From a virus (Duplodnaviria > Caudoviricetes): DNA of 32,302 nt. The notes beneath the pieces are model-generated. The model did no database searches. It was not told where the DNA came from and saw only the letters and a program-made list of their open reading frames with translations. Positions 7,601-16,162 of the stretch are shown piece by piece. Numbering within the stretch: the stretch's first letter is position 1; each line of letters starts with the position of its first letter. The translations under genes and the position numbers were made by a program. The DNA is taken from IMG/VR virus record IMGVR_UViG_3300030207_001762, positions 1 through 32,302 of that record; one strand, 5' to 3'.

Positions 7601-10600
7601 TTCAGCAGAGTATACAAACTGTTGTATAAAGAACTCAAGCATGTCTGCTATTTTATTCTTTTGCGCAAGCAAGCCTTCTGGACTTTTTTGTTTTAGTCCT
7701 ACCGCAAATGCTTGCAAGGCTTCTAATGAGGTTAAATCTTGTTTGGTTACATTATACTTGCTTGGATTTTGCATAACCATTGCTGTATTTTGTCGTACGT
7801 TTTCCAAAGCAGTATTAATTTCGTTTGGTAATCTGCGCAGAACCTGCTGCTCTGTAAGCAAAAACGAGGTTTTTGGTATGCTTGATTGCAACGATGGATC
7901 TCCTTTACCTATCATTACCTTAAACTTATTTTTTAAACCTTCTACATTTTTTGTTCTTCTATATGCATCTCGCAAACTAACAACTAAAGAATTTTTAGAA
8001 ACATGACCAAAGGCTTCTGCTAAATTACTTTGTTGCGCTTCATTTAACCGCACTAAGTCTGGTTCTCTAAGACCCATTGCCATCTGTTCAGCAATGTTAT
8101 CTATACGTACATCAGCAAGTTTATTCCATTGATTAGTCGATATAATACCAAGTTCGTCTATATCTTTTAGCATACGATTTTTAACAGCTTCCATAAGTGG
8201 TGCATCTATAATTGTATTTCGCAACACATTAATTTCTTCTGGTTGTAATCCTTTTAACGACACAAATACATCATAGTCATCTTCTGTATTGTTGTAGTAA
8301 ATCATGAAGTCCCAATCTGCTTCTCTTCTAAATGCACCTCTAAAATAATCCGCTTCAATTTCCATACCTTTTGCAAACTTTACTTGAGAACCATTTTGTA
8401 TGTTTGCCTTTTTCCAGATTAGTGTTGCTCTGTCTTTTTCAAACACCTTCATAATTTTTTCTTGTTGCTTTGGAGTAACAAAGGTGTTTGGAGTTATACC
8501 AAGTATTTTTGGTAACTTACCAATGCCAGGTAGCATGTCTGCCATAGCCATCATGGCTTTTCTATGTCTGTATGACACACCTAGATTTGCAATGTCTTTT
8601 TCAGTAAGTTTATGATTTTTACCATGTCTTCTGCGTACTATATCTTCTAATGCACGTACAGCAGTTTTATAGTTTTCATTTTTTGCAACTTGTGGGTTTC
8701 TTAAAATGTTTTGTGCTACTTTTTCAAACACCATTCCTGGCTTAAGACTTCTGTACACCTGTTGTAACTCTCGATAGTCTTTCATAGATGGTAAACTGTC
8801 TGATTTAACAAATCCTTTCTCTAATGTTTTACGTAATGTTCTTTGATCTACCAATGGGTTGTCATCAATTATCCTAAATATTGATGTTTGTTCCATTGGT
8901 GTACCACGTAATCTTTGCGCTATTTCCGCATTTGTTTTATTTGCTTTAGACATATCAACAAATGTTTCATAGGCTTCTAGATTGTGTCGAATTTTTGTAG
9001 CTTGCAAATTACGTATGTCTTGAGCACTATCTATTTTACCAATCGTTTGTTGATACGATTTAGGAAGCGATTTATATACAAGGTTACCAATGTGTCTATT
9101 GTCTGCAATTTGATACCGAATAGTTTGACGAATAATTTCTTCTGGAATACTTGGTAGTTTATCTAATCCAAGATTTGCTTGCATAAGTTGCTTTTCTAGT
9201 TTTACTAACTTTGGTGCAGTAAATACAGCCCTACCAGCATCAAAAATTACATGATCGATTGGATTTTTAAAATCCCCATATAATCCTGTTGCTGCTGTTA
9301 AAACTGTTGTTGCTGGATCATAACCTTGAGTTTTTGCAGTATCTATTGCACCCAACATTATACCACCACCACGGGCAACTTGTTCAGCAACACGGCCAAG
9401 ATGTGAATTGTTTACATTTACATACTGAGGCATAGTTTTGGCTAAATACTCTTGCCGTTCTTTTTCTAATTTACTAATGTCTTCTGGTACGTCAAGAATG
9501 CGTGAGCCTAATTCAGCAAAACTTTGCGGTGTGTCAGTGTACAATGACTGAGCAAACGCATCTTGTGGAATCATATCTATACCTAATTCCTGTTGCAAAC
9601 CACCTGCTGCCTTAGAGATTGGTCGTCCAATATATTCGGCAAATATATCTAAACCATAGTTTGTTGTTGGTGCTAAAAATAAACCGTATCCTACAGAAAA
9701 TGGAGTAAATAGAAACCTTAACCCTCTTCCAAGGTCAGTTTCTACTGTTCCACCAGTTATAGTATCATCATAAAAAATACCATCATTATCAATAAAGTCC
9801 TGTGCATTCTCTAGTACATGCTTTTTTGATTCTGGATCTAAAAACCAATTATCTTTTGTTTTTCCAACATTTTTACGTGCTTGTACTTCTGCTAATCCAG
9901 TTATGTTACGGTTCTTTGGCAACATATCATACTCTACACCTTCATCTACAACACCAACACTATCATTACGAAAAGCATCTTCTAAAACCTTATCTGTTGT
10001 TATGTAGGTTCCTTTAGGATAGTAAGGAAGATTTTCTTGTAAATACATATACAGTTCTGTTGGTATGTCTCTTGTAAGTCCCTCCACTGTTATTTTCATG
10101 TGTGGTACTTGTTGACGTTGTAAAAGTTCAACATTTTGAGTGCGTAACATGTCAATCTGCGCACCTCGTATACCATCAATATATGCCATTTGATTTTCTG
10201 TTAAATCTGGCAGCGTACCTTCAATTCTTTGTTTAGCAAAAGTGTCAAGTTCTTTTGATTGTTTGCTGGCAAATGTTGGTAATTTAGAAATGTCTAAGTC
10301 AATAGATTGCATTTCATTACTTGTATCTAATGCTTTTTGCAATGCATCTATACGTTTGTGACCTTTACTAATATAGTAATCGTAAGTTGACTCTAGCCCA
10401 ATTGTATACATTGCTGCTTGATTTGTATCTACACCACGATTTACTAATTCATCTAGATACAATGTTGTAAATGCACGTGGATTAAATGCTTCATCAAACT
10501 GTCCACGCAATGTACCTTCACCTTGTGCTAATGGAACAGTGCTTTGTTTTTTAAGCGAATCTAACATTTTTTGCAAATCGCTTTCTGCTGGTAAAATATC

Positions 10601-10894
10601 TACACCAAATAAAGGAGCACTATCTGGTTGTCTTATAGATTGTGTAACAGGAGCAACATCATCTTCTTCATATGCTCGGTCTAATTTGTTTTTTGCATAT
10701 CCAACTTCAAAAGACATACCACGCAATCGGGCTATTTCTTCTTGTATTTGCTCTTGAGTATATACTGGATTGCCTTCGCTATCAGTATATCTAGCCATCT
10801 CTTGTTCGAGTTCACGCTCCAACTTTGGTTGTTGCCGCATAAGTTCCGATATAGCACGTTGAGCTTCTTCTCTAGTTTGTGGTGGCTTTGCCAT
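4625..10894 (-). CDS. Large internal virion / DNA ejection protein (2089 aa)
   Basis: Helical; third and largest gene after the tail genes; C-terminal R.A.....GGKS.DEA......LFDY..L...E......FY.F...N motif typical of podovirus large internal proteins; basic coiled-coil segment. Confidence 0.65.
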   Translation of the reverse strand: MAKPPQTREEAQRAISELMRQQPKLERELEQEMARYTDSEGNPVYTQEQIQEEIARLRGMSFEVGYAKNKLDRAYEEDDVAPVTQSIRQPDSAPLFGVDILPAESDLQKMLDSLKKQSTVPLAQGEGTLRGQFDEAFNPRAFTTLYLDELVNRGVDTNQAAMYTIGLESTYDYYISKGHKRIDALQKALDTSNEMQSIDLDISKLPTFASKQSKELDTFAKQRIEGTLPDLTENQMAYIDGIRGAQIDMLRTQNVELLQRQQVPHMKITVEGLTRDIPTELYMYLQENLPYYPKGTYITTDKVLEDAFRNDSVGVVDEGVEYDMLPKNRNITGLAEVQARKNVGKTKDNWFLDPESKKHVLENAQDFIDNDGIFYDDTITGGTVETDLGRGLRFLFTPFSVGYGLFLAPTTNYGLDIFAEYIGRPISKAAGGLQQELGIDMIPQDAFAQSLYTDTPQSFAELGSRILDVPEDISKLEKERQEYLAKTMPQYVNVNNSHLGRVAEQVARGGGIMLGAIDTAKTQGYDPATTVLTAATGLYGDFKNPIDHVIFDAGRAVFTAPKLVKLEKQLMQANLGLDKLPSIPEEIIRQTIRYQIADNRHIGNLVYKSLPKSYQQTIGKIDSAQDIRNLQATKIRHNLEAYETFVDMSKANKTNAEIAQRLRGTPMEQTSIFRIIDDNPLVDQRTLRKTLEKGFVKSDSLPSMKDYRELQQVYRSLKPGMVFEKVAQNILRNPQVAKNENYKTAVRALEDIVRRRHGKNHKLTEKDIANLGVSYRHRKAMMAMADMLPGIGKLPKILGITPNTFVTPKQQEKIMKVFEKDRATLIWKKANIQNGSQVKFAKGMEIEADYFRGAFRREADWDFMIYYNNTEDDYDVFVSLKGLQPEEINVLRNTIIDAPLMEAVKNRMLKDIDELGIISTNQWNKLADVRIDNIAEQMAMGLREPDLVRLNEAQQSNLAEAFGHVSKNSLVVSLRDAYRRTKNVEGLKNKFKVMIGKGDPSLQSSIPKTSFLLTEQQVLRRLPNEINTALENVRQNTAMVMQNPSKYNVTKQDLTSLEALQAFAVGLKQKSPEGLLAQKNKIADMLEFFIQQFVYSAEIKPNYSMIDYFFTPKKNIAQNMYTPTGKKALRLFVESRVDKILANPQTVADELIITANEWAKLLLNPEKMKELKYIDPNVPIKTIKFEMKNLVEKLEEVALRMYEYSVIHKAQNKLIVDVVLPKLPEVILSSMRRKININRPEYNQLLKNFMKYMLGPKKPTYEDQLNYAKELLNQFGRKVDVEGTDLQSTYNNLNKNLRSNIVKNADQYFKDQAAILKNRIIQANANLKTKLNNANANVDDAIKNAKQVLENAKQTKFAITKAKGTTKAQRQEAVRLFEARKKAVNKKIKELKAEKPKLQIKFEEESAKLKQSGDVARKNLANKKINFNSKLENPTDKQLIDLYRQLDDDGIIVTRNSKLDEVLNLMKAESDKFDEFDPAVHELIKYGESVARNNDLMRDELDINEIDTLLKEIFTGSNRYGAAFFGKKRFDEFEAVFRSRGTKSVEDALKILAKQVEPDAFDQLVKVAKHALAYSKQIIYTTLIPVRPRFLGMNVATAQAIIFQNLGVFASPGAIKLGTEIAFSSGRQGLVKPPQAIIEGFQTVFSGATKGQSKFYEIAVTDAAGRSYTHGQLYQMVHAAGIRTDVSISRDVTMVRDTLKKLRQPANKFMGLNTKNLLSRGIESFTDLPITSDMAFRIAVAIDAIKGGKSADEAVKMAKVGLFDYNRLLGFEQSLANMTIFYNFTRQNLITTLQALTNPQRFVSLVKFMRANNDLGSLQTVGNDGRMFPYNATMPNYTNVRALVSHVKSYSDRDVYLFAPPIPVMEATAMMTQMYSATFGGRGFKSVNDLLIRQLHPLLKKTLLAKYPDVFKQTDRVSPELVTFSRSLSEAQKKILFDNEFAATPLVALISSYSPNVKSTEEWLSYFHGKQVVGEYNPNSMYSVDGYTYKVDKTAKRNAFGTSLMFLLSTVGAETTLKDYHRMFFSAEGTAYEPLDVYEKMAVSLGLLTPIGVRSPEFQDLSVLKNHEALIKQKIQELKKKRTSERENR

Positions 10895-10896
10895 GT

Positions 10897-13122
10897 TTAC
10901 CTCTCAACGACTAAAGTTTTGTATGCCTTGTAGTTTTCTAGTAGAGTTAACATTTTTATACGCTGGTCTTCTAGCAAACCACCTTTATCAGCGTATGTAT
11001 TTATTTGTTGTCTTGCATTTTCATAAGCACTTTCAATACTATTTACATCATTAAACAAAGCACCTGTCAGTTGTATAACTAGTTCAGCATCACTAGCAGT
11101 TGCACCTTTAACAGTATTAGCAAGTTTTTGTGGTGTAACTTCATTAACCTTTGTTAACTGTTTTGCTGCTTGTTGGATTTGATACTCTTTTAAGTTTAAA
11201 CGTTTTGCTACAGTTGATTGTACTACGTCTTTAATTTTAAAATACTCTTCTGGATCAGTTTGTTGCAGATATGCATAATCTTTTAACATTTGTAAACCAG
11301 CAATTTGTAGATCAGCATTATTTAATATTTTACTTGCTTGATCCATAACTTGTTTTACATCACGAAATGGTGATGGTTTTGGCATTGCTTCTTGTACAAT
11401 GTTTTGTAATGTTTCTTGTTCAGCCTGTCGCATTTGCTGTAATACACTACGATTTATATCTTGTTGTGATTGTAACGTTGGTGTACTTGGTTGAAATTGA
11501 AATGGATCTACTACCTCTGGTGTACTTGGTTGAAATTGAAATGGATCTACTACTTCTGGTCTGCTTGGTTGAAACTCAAAATCTTCACCTTCGCTTGCAC
11601 TATAAACAAAATCACCTAAGTCTGTTACTGGCTCTGATGCATATCGTTGTGCTGTACCCATAGGTTGCGTATACTTATCTACAGCCGTAGGTTGTTTACT
11701 ATAAGCCATTTCTGGCTCTGATGCATATCGTTGTGCTGTACCCATAGGTTGCGTATATTTATCCATAGCCGTAGGTTGTTTACTATAAGCCATTTCTGGC
11801 TCTGATGCATATCGTTGTGCTGTACCCATAGGTTGCGTATATTTATCCATAGCCTTTTGTAGTACTGTAGGCTGATTACCATAAGCCATTGCTGCCAAGT
11901 CTGTAATGCTTATACCAGGATCTTCTTCACCTTCATCTACATCAGATGAACTATAAACAAAATCACCTAAGTCTATTACTGGCTCTTCTTCACTTACAAC
12001 AGTTTGCTCTGATCTAGGCACTGTTGGTGCAACACTTGGTTGTCTTGCAGTTTGTGTTAAAGGTTCTTCTTCTGCAACTAAATCTAGTATTTCTCTATCT
12101 ACTGGTCTTACTCTACTTAAATTTTGTTGTACTTGTGGCTCTTGTTTTTGCACTGGTGCTGGTGCTGGTGCTGGTGCAGGTTGTTCTGGTAAACGTTGCG
12201 ACCCATAACCAAACTTACTACCAAGTATTTGTCTAGTTGTACGTATTTCATCACCTACTGGTATATCTACATCAGTTAGGTTTAGTTGCTGCCGTTCTAA
12301 ATCTCTTAATCTTTTTTCAAGTCTTTGAATGGCTGGCTCTCTATCGGCTAATGGTGCTGCAACTATTGGATCTTCTTTTGTGTAATATGTTCTAGAACCG
12401 CCAGCACCAAAGCCTCGATTTGCACCACGTTGTCGTTTTTCTACATAATCAAAACGACCTTCTAAATTAGCCCCAACAAACTCGTTATAGTTATCTCGTG
12501 CATTTTCTGAACGTATAATAGAATCCTTAAACGCTTCAAATTGACTACGACCACCTGCATCTAATTTATCAATAATTTCTGCTTCGATTTTACTTGTTCT
12601 ACCGCCTTGTCCTGCTTTCCATTTTTGTAAAACAGTTACATCAGCACCTGCATTTTTTGCAGCCTCAAATGCATCTTCAACTTGTCTTTCAGCAAAATCT
12701 GCTTGTCGTCGCAATTTGCTTTCAGTATCTATCAAATCGACTTTCATGCCGCTACCGCCACCAACACCAGCACTTGTTGTTCTACGCTGTGCTCTACCAC
12801 GCAAGTTTTGTTCTTGTGCTAATGTTGCTTGTTGCTTGGCTAAGTCTTCTATTTGCAATTGTTTTAAGTTTTCAATTTGCGCCCGTGTATCGTTTTGTTG
12901 ATTCAATAAACTTTGACGCATTTGATCAACTACTTGCTGTTGTCGTTGTGCGTTTAACTGTTCAAACTTAATACGTCTGGCTGCTTCTGCATTAGCAATT
13001 TTCCACAACTGATACTTTTGTTGTGTTACTAGATTTGCCCATGATTGCCCAGTAGACGTTACCCCAGGTTTTACTTGAGAACCTGTTATAACGTATGTGC
13101 CGCCAACTTTTTCAATAGCCAT
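10897..13122 (-). CDS. Internal virion / ejection protein with a low-complexity repeat core
   Basis: Q/E/P-rich with coiled coils; synteny; tandem repeats. Confidence 0.55.
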   Translation of the reverse strand: MAIEKVGGTYVITGSQVKPGVTSTGQSWANLVTQQKYQLWKIANAEAARRIKFEQLNAQRQQQVVDQMRQSLLNQQNDTRAQIENLKQLQIEDLAKQQATLAQEQNLRGRAQRRTTSAGVGGGSGMKVDLIDTESKLRRQADFAERQVEDAFEAAKNAGADVTVLQKWKAGQGGRTSKIEAEIIDKLDAGGRSQFEAFKDSIIRSENARDNYNEFVGANLEGRFDYVEKRQRGANRGFGAGGSRTYYTKEDPIVAAPLADREPAIQRLEKRLRDLERQQLNLTDVDIPVGDEIRTTRQILGSKFGYGSQRLPEQPAPAPAPAPVQKQEPQVQQNLSRVRPVDREILDLVAEEEPLTQTARQPSVAPTVPRSEQTVVSEEEPVIDLGDFVYSSSDVDEGEEDPGISITDLAAMAYGNQPTVLQKAMDKYTQPMGTAQRYASEPEMAYSKQPTAMDKYTQPMGTAQRYASEPEMAYSKQPTAVDKYTQPMGTAQRYASEPVTDLGDFVYSASEGEDFEFQPSRPEVVDPFQFQPSTPEVVDPFQFQPSTPTLQSQQDINRSVLQQMRQAEQETLQNIVQEAMPKPSPFRDVKQVMDQASKILNNADLQIAGLQMLKDYAYLQQTDPEEYFKIKDVVQSTVAKRLNLKEYQIQQAAKQLTKVNEVTPQKLANTVKGATASDAELVIQLTGALFNDVNSIESAYENARQQINTYADKGGLLEDQRIKMLTLLENYKAYKTLVVER
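11479..11986 (-). repeat. Nested coding repeats: ~2.7 x 84 bp (11628-11854), ~2.4 x 39 bp (11479-11573), 37-bp dispersed duplicate (11599 and 11950)
   Basis: 84-bp units start at 11628, 11712 and 11796 and encode AMDKYTQPMGTAQRYASEPEMAYSKQPT; also PEVVDPFQFQPST and (I/T)DLGDFVYS. Confidence 0.95.
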
Positions 13123-13124
13123 GA

Positions 13125-14048
13125 TTACCTCTGTGCTAATACATCAAACGCCGCTTGAGGACGATTTATTTGTCCCGATCTTAACATATACATATCTTCA
13201 TTAGTCATTCTAAATGGGGGCATACCTTGCTGTGCTCTTAAAAACTGCTCATAAGATAAACCTGGTTGAACTAAGGGTTGGCGCATTAAATTTTGTCTTT
13301 CTACTAGGCTAGGTTGAAACGCAAAATCCTGTGCATTTTGAGATTGCATTACTGGCATAGTACCACCTTGTGGAAACAACCCATCATGAACTATAGGAAA
13401 TGTTTTTGCTATTTCGTCTGGTGGCAAACCAGTTTGTAGTGATAATGCAGTTGTTCTTTCTTGTGGTGTCATATTTGTACCAAACATTTGTTGTATGGTT
13501 AGACCTTGTATATACCCTTCAAGTCCAGATGAAACAGGTGATAACCCTGCTGCTACCATATCTTGTCGTTTTTGATCTACCGCTGCTCTTACATCTTTAA
13601 GTTCTTGCTCTTGTTGTGCTTGTCGTTGCAAATCAAGTTGCAATATTTCTTGCGCTATACGTGCTTCAAGGTCTTGTCTGTTCTGTGCTGCTTGTTGTGC
13701 CTGTTGCATTTGCAATTGCGGTTGTGCTGTATTTGCAGCAAGTCTACGCATTTCAGCATCTGCTCGTCGTTGGGCTTGTTCCGCACCGCCAGTCAAACGA
13801 TTTCGCAACATTGTTTCTTCTCGGTCAGTTAAACCTAACATTCCCATTTCTTCTAAACGTTCAAGTTCTTTTAAACGTTTTTTATTTGCTCTTTGTGTTT
13901 CAGTAGGTATAAAACTTGGAATAGCATTTATTGCTGATCCAGCAGCACTAGCAGCAGCCATTTTTGCAGCTAAAGGTATTGCTGATGCTCCAATTGTTTT
14001 TGCTATAACTGGTGCAGCAAGTGTTGCTGCTGTTGCTAACGCTGGCAT
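13125..14048 (-). CDS. Small internal virion / ejection (pilot-like) protein
   Basis: Ala/Gly hydrophobic N-terminus followed by a Gln-rich coiled coil, as in P22 gp7 / T7 gp14-type proteins. Confidence 0.55.
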   Translation of the reverse strand: MPALATAATLAAPVIAKTIGASAIPLAAKMAAASAAGSAINAIPSFIPTETQRANKKRLKELERLEEMGMLGLTDREETMLRNRLTGGAEQAQRRADAEMRRLAANTAQPQLQMQQAQQAAQNRQDLEARIAQEILQLDLQRQAQQEQELKDVRAAVDQKRQDMVAAGLSPVSSGLEGYIQGLTIQQMFGTNMTPQERTTALSLQTGLPPDEIAKTFPIVHDGLFPQGGTMPVMQSQNAQDFAFQPSLVERQNLMRQPLVQPGLSYEQFLRAQQGMPPFRMTNEDMYMLRSGQINRPQAAFDVLAQR

Positions 14049-14055
14049 AATTCAC

Positions 14056-14763
14056 CTACACATGAAAAGTTTCTATTGTAAAAGATTGACAGTTTATGTT
14101 GCCTTTCTCTACCTTAGCATTGACAGCAACTGAGAACTTATAACGTCCTTTATCTAATGTTAACATACGAGTCATCATTATGCTTCTGTGACCACATGCC
14201 GTATTCTGTGCTCCAGGATTTAAATATACTCCTACAATGTTATCATCAAACTCCCATACATAAGAACGAGTACCTTCATACTTTGTAATTAGGCCTGCCT
14301 TCTCATACTGCAATACAAACTTGTTTTCCCAAATACCATTACCTGGACTACGAGCAACAGTGCTGTTTTGTTGTCCAAATGCTTTTGCATAAAAGGTAAT
14401 CATAATCTTAGTGTTGTCATTTGTTATTACAACTTCAGCACCAGTATTAGTTAGTGTTTGGTAATCTTCAACTGTAGTGCTCGTTTGATTATCACTTTTA
14501 GTGGTTGCCGTGAACCAACTAAACTCCTGTGGTAATCGTAACTTTGATACACCTTGTATAGTCTTAGAAACAAAGTCAGCAGTTTGTACAACAGATACAA
14601 ACCGAGGGGTAGCAATACTCTCTCCAACAATGGTATCAGTATCCACATCCGTATCTTCGATTTCTTGGTTGACATAAGACCTCAGTTTATTTTCATTTGA
14701 TGCATGATCAGTTGCTGAAAGCACAGCATTGTTGACATACGTATATGGCTTAGTAAATCCCAT
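14056..14763 (-). CDS. Putative tail protein
   Basis: Beta-rich, tail-module position, fibre-anchor-like N-terminus. Confidence 0.5.
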   Translation of the reverse strand: MGFTKPYTYVNNAVLSATDHASNENKLRSYVNQEIEDTDVDTDTIVGESIATPRFVSVVQTADFVSKTIQGVSKLRLPQEFSWFTATTKSDNQTSTTVEDYQTLTNTGAEVVITNDNTKIMITFYAKAFGQQNSTVARSPGNGIWENKFVLQYEKAGLITKYEGTRSYVWEFDDNIVGVYLNPGAQNTACGHRSIMMTRMLTLDKGRYKFSVAVNAKVEKGNINCQSFTIETFHV

Positions 14764-15428
14764 TAGTTCTCCACAATAATAACTTGTATGTGATTGTGTT
14801 GAATGTCAATCGAATTGTTTGTTAAACCAACACACGCTTGTAGTTCTACTGAATCTATGACATTGCCAGCAGCCAAATAAAACAAACCACTTATTGAAAA
14901 GTTTCTATAGTTTAAGTTTAGCGTTGTTGCGGTAGGCTCTGTTGTTATTGCTGCTTTAGTAGTAAAACTATATGTACATTGTGCAACTACTTCTGTAGAT
15001 GGTGTACCACTACTATTCAATGACATTAACAATCGAAATGCATAAGTATTATTTTGTGTTTGTCCAGCAGTACCATTGCCATCATTGCTATTTAGTGTTG
15101 CTTCTGCAACCAATCCAGTCGCATGTACTCTAACAACAGCATGCCCATGCGTTGAATAGTTTGGAGTTACTTTGCTTTTATTTGGTCCTACATTTTCAAT
15201 AGTAGTAAACGTTGTGCTTGTTGTATTCCAATCTGCTGTTCCATCATAATCAAACGTATATAAACTTGTTATGGAGTTTGATGTACTAAAATGATTGCGT
15301 TGTGCCCACTCTGTATCAAGATTGACATCCTCTACATCATCAGTAGCAACACTATCATACACAGCATTTAGTTGTGCTGCTGTTGGTGCTTGACCTTCTC
15401 CGAAGTATTGATTTGTTATTCGTCCCAT
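14763..15428 (-). CDS. Putative tail protein
   Basis: F..GQAPTAAQLN N-terminal motif; T/N/S-rich beta domain. Confidence 0.5.
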   Translation of the reverse strand: MGRITNQYFGEGQAPTAAQLNAVYDSVATDDVEDVNLDTEWAQRNHFSTSNSITSLYTFDYDGTADWNTTSTTFTTIENVGPNKSKVTPNYSTHGHAVVRVHATGLVAEATLNSNDGNGTAGQTQNNTYAFRLLMSLNSSGTPSTEVVAQCTYSFTTKAAITTEPTATTLNLNYRNFSISGLFYLAAGNVIDSVELQACVGLTNNSIDIQHNHIQVIIVEN

Positions 15429-15430
15429 AT

Positions 15431-16162
15431 CTACCTCTTAGTATTGCATGCCCAAATAGAAGCACCGTAAACTTCCATTCGTGATGTAGGATGAGTGCTT
15501 ACACCAAGAGTGTCTCTAGGATTTGTTGTAATAGTTTGCCATCGTAAATCTAAGCGCACAGGTTGAGAACCAACAAATACCTTATACGGTACAGTTAAAT
15601 TTTGTAATCGTGGATATACTCTACCAGTTTCTGCAATTAAAACATCGTTGCAAAACAAACCCCATCGTGAATACCAATCATACCCAAATACTTTATCAGA
15701 CCCAGTACTATCTTCTATTACATCCATACCATGTCTAAAGTTTATATCAAAACAACCATGTACAGTACCACTGCTAGCATCAAACTCTAACACCACATTA
15801 TTAAATGTTGTATCTATATCTGCTAAGTTATTCCAACCACTAGACCAACTAGAGTTTTGAAGATCCAATGTATGCAAAGGTGTGTGTATATCTGTGCCAG
15901 TGTTGCCACCATAAGCCCTCCACCGACGAACAAAATGATAATCTTGTGTTTGTCCAACTACTTTAAATGCATATTTGTTTGTTGTTGTTTGTGATGTATA
16001 TGCAGATGGTGCTAATTTTAACTTATCAATAGTTCCAACAGGAAAATTTTGCCCATCTAATCTACCATTGTATTCACCAATAACAGCACGAGTATTATCA
16101 TTAATGCTTTCAGGCTTTACTTGGTCATAATTCTTTTGACCTACTTGTGTAAAAACTTTCAT
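15431..16162 (-). CDS. Putative tail protein
   Basis: INDN......YNGRLDGQNF N-terminal motif; beta-rich. Confidence 0.5.
   Translation of the reverse strand: MKVFTQVGQKNYDQVKPESINDNTRAVIGEYNGRLDGQNFPVGTIDKLKLAPSAYTSQTTTNKYAFKVVGQTQDYHFVRRWRAYGGNTGTDIHTPLHTLDLQNSSWSSGWNNLADIDTTFNNVVLEFDASSGTVHGCFDINFRHGMDVIEDSTGSDKVFGYDWYSRWGLFCNDVLIAETGRVYPRLQNLTVPYKVFVGSQPVRLDLRWQTITTNPRDTLGVSTHPTSRMEVYGASIWACNTKR

Noticed and set aside
11628-11854. CRISPR-like or ncRNA array
   Set aside because: Units are contiguous without unique spacers, a multiple of 3 in length, and in frame within a CDS
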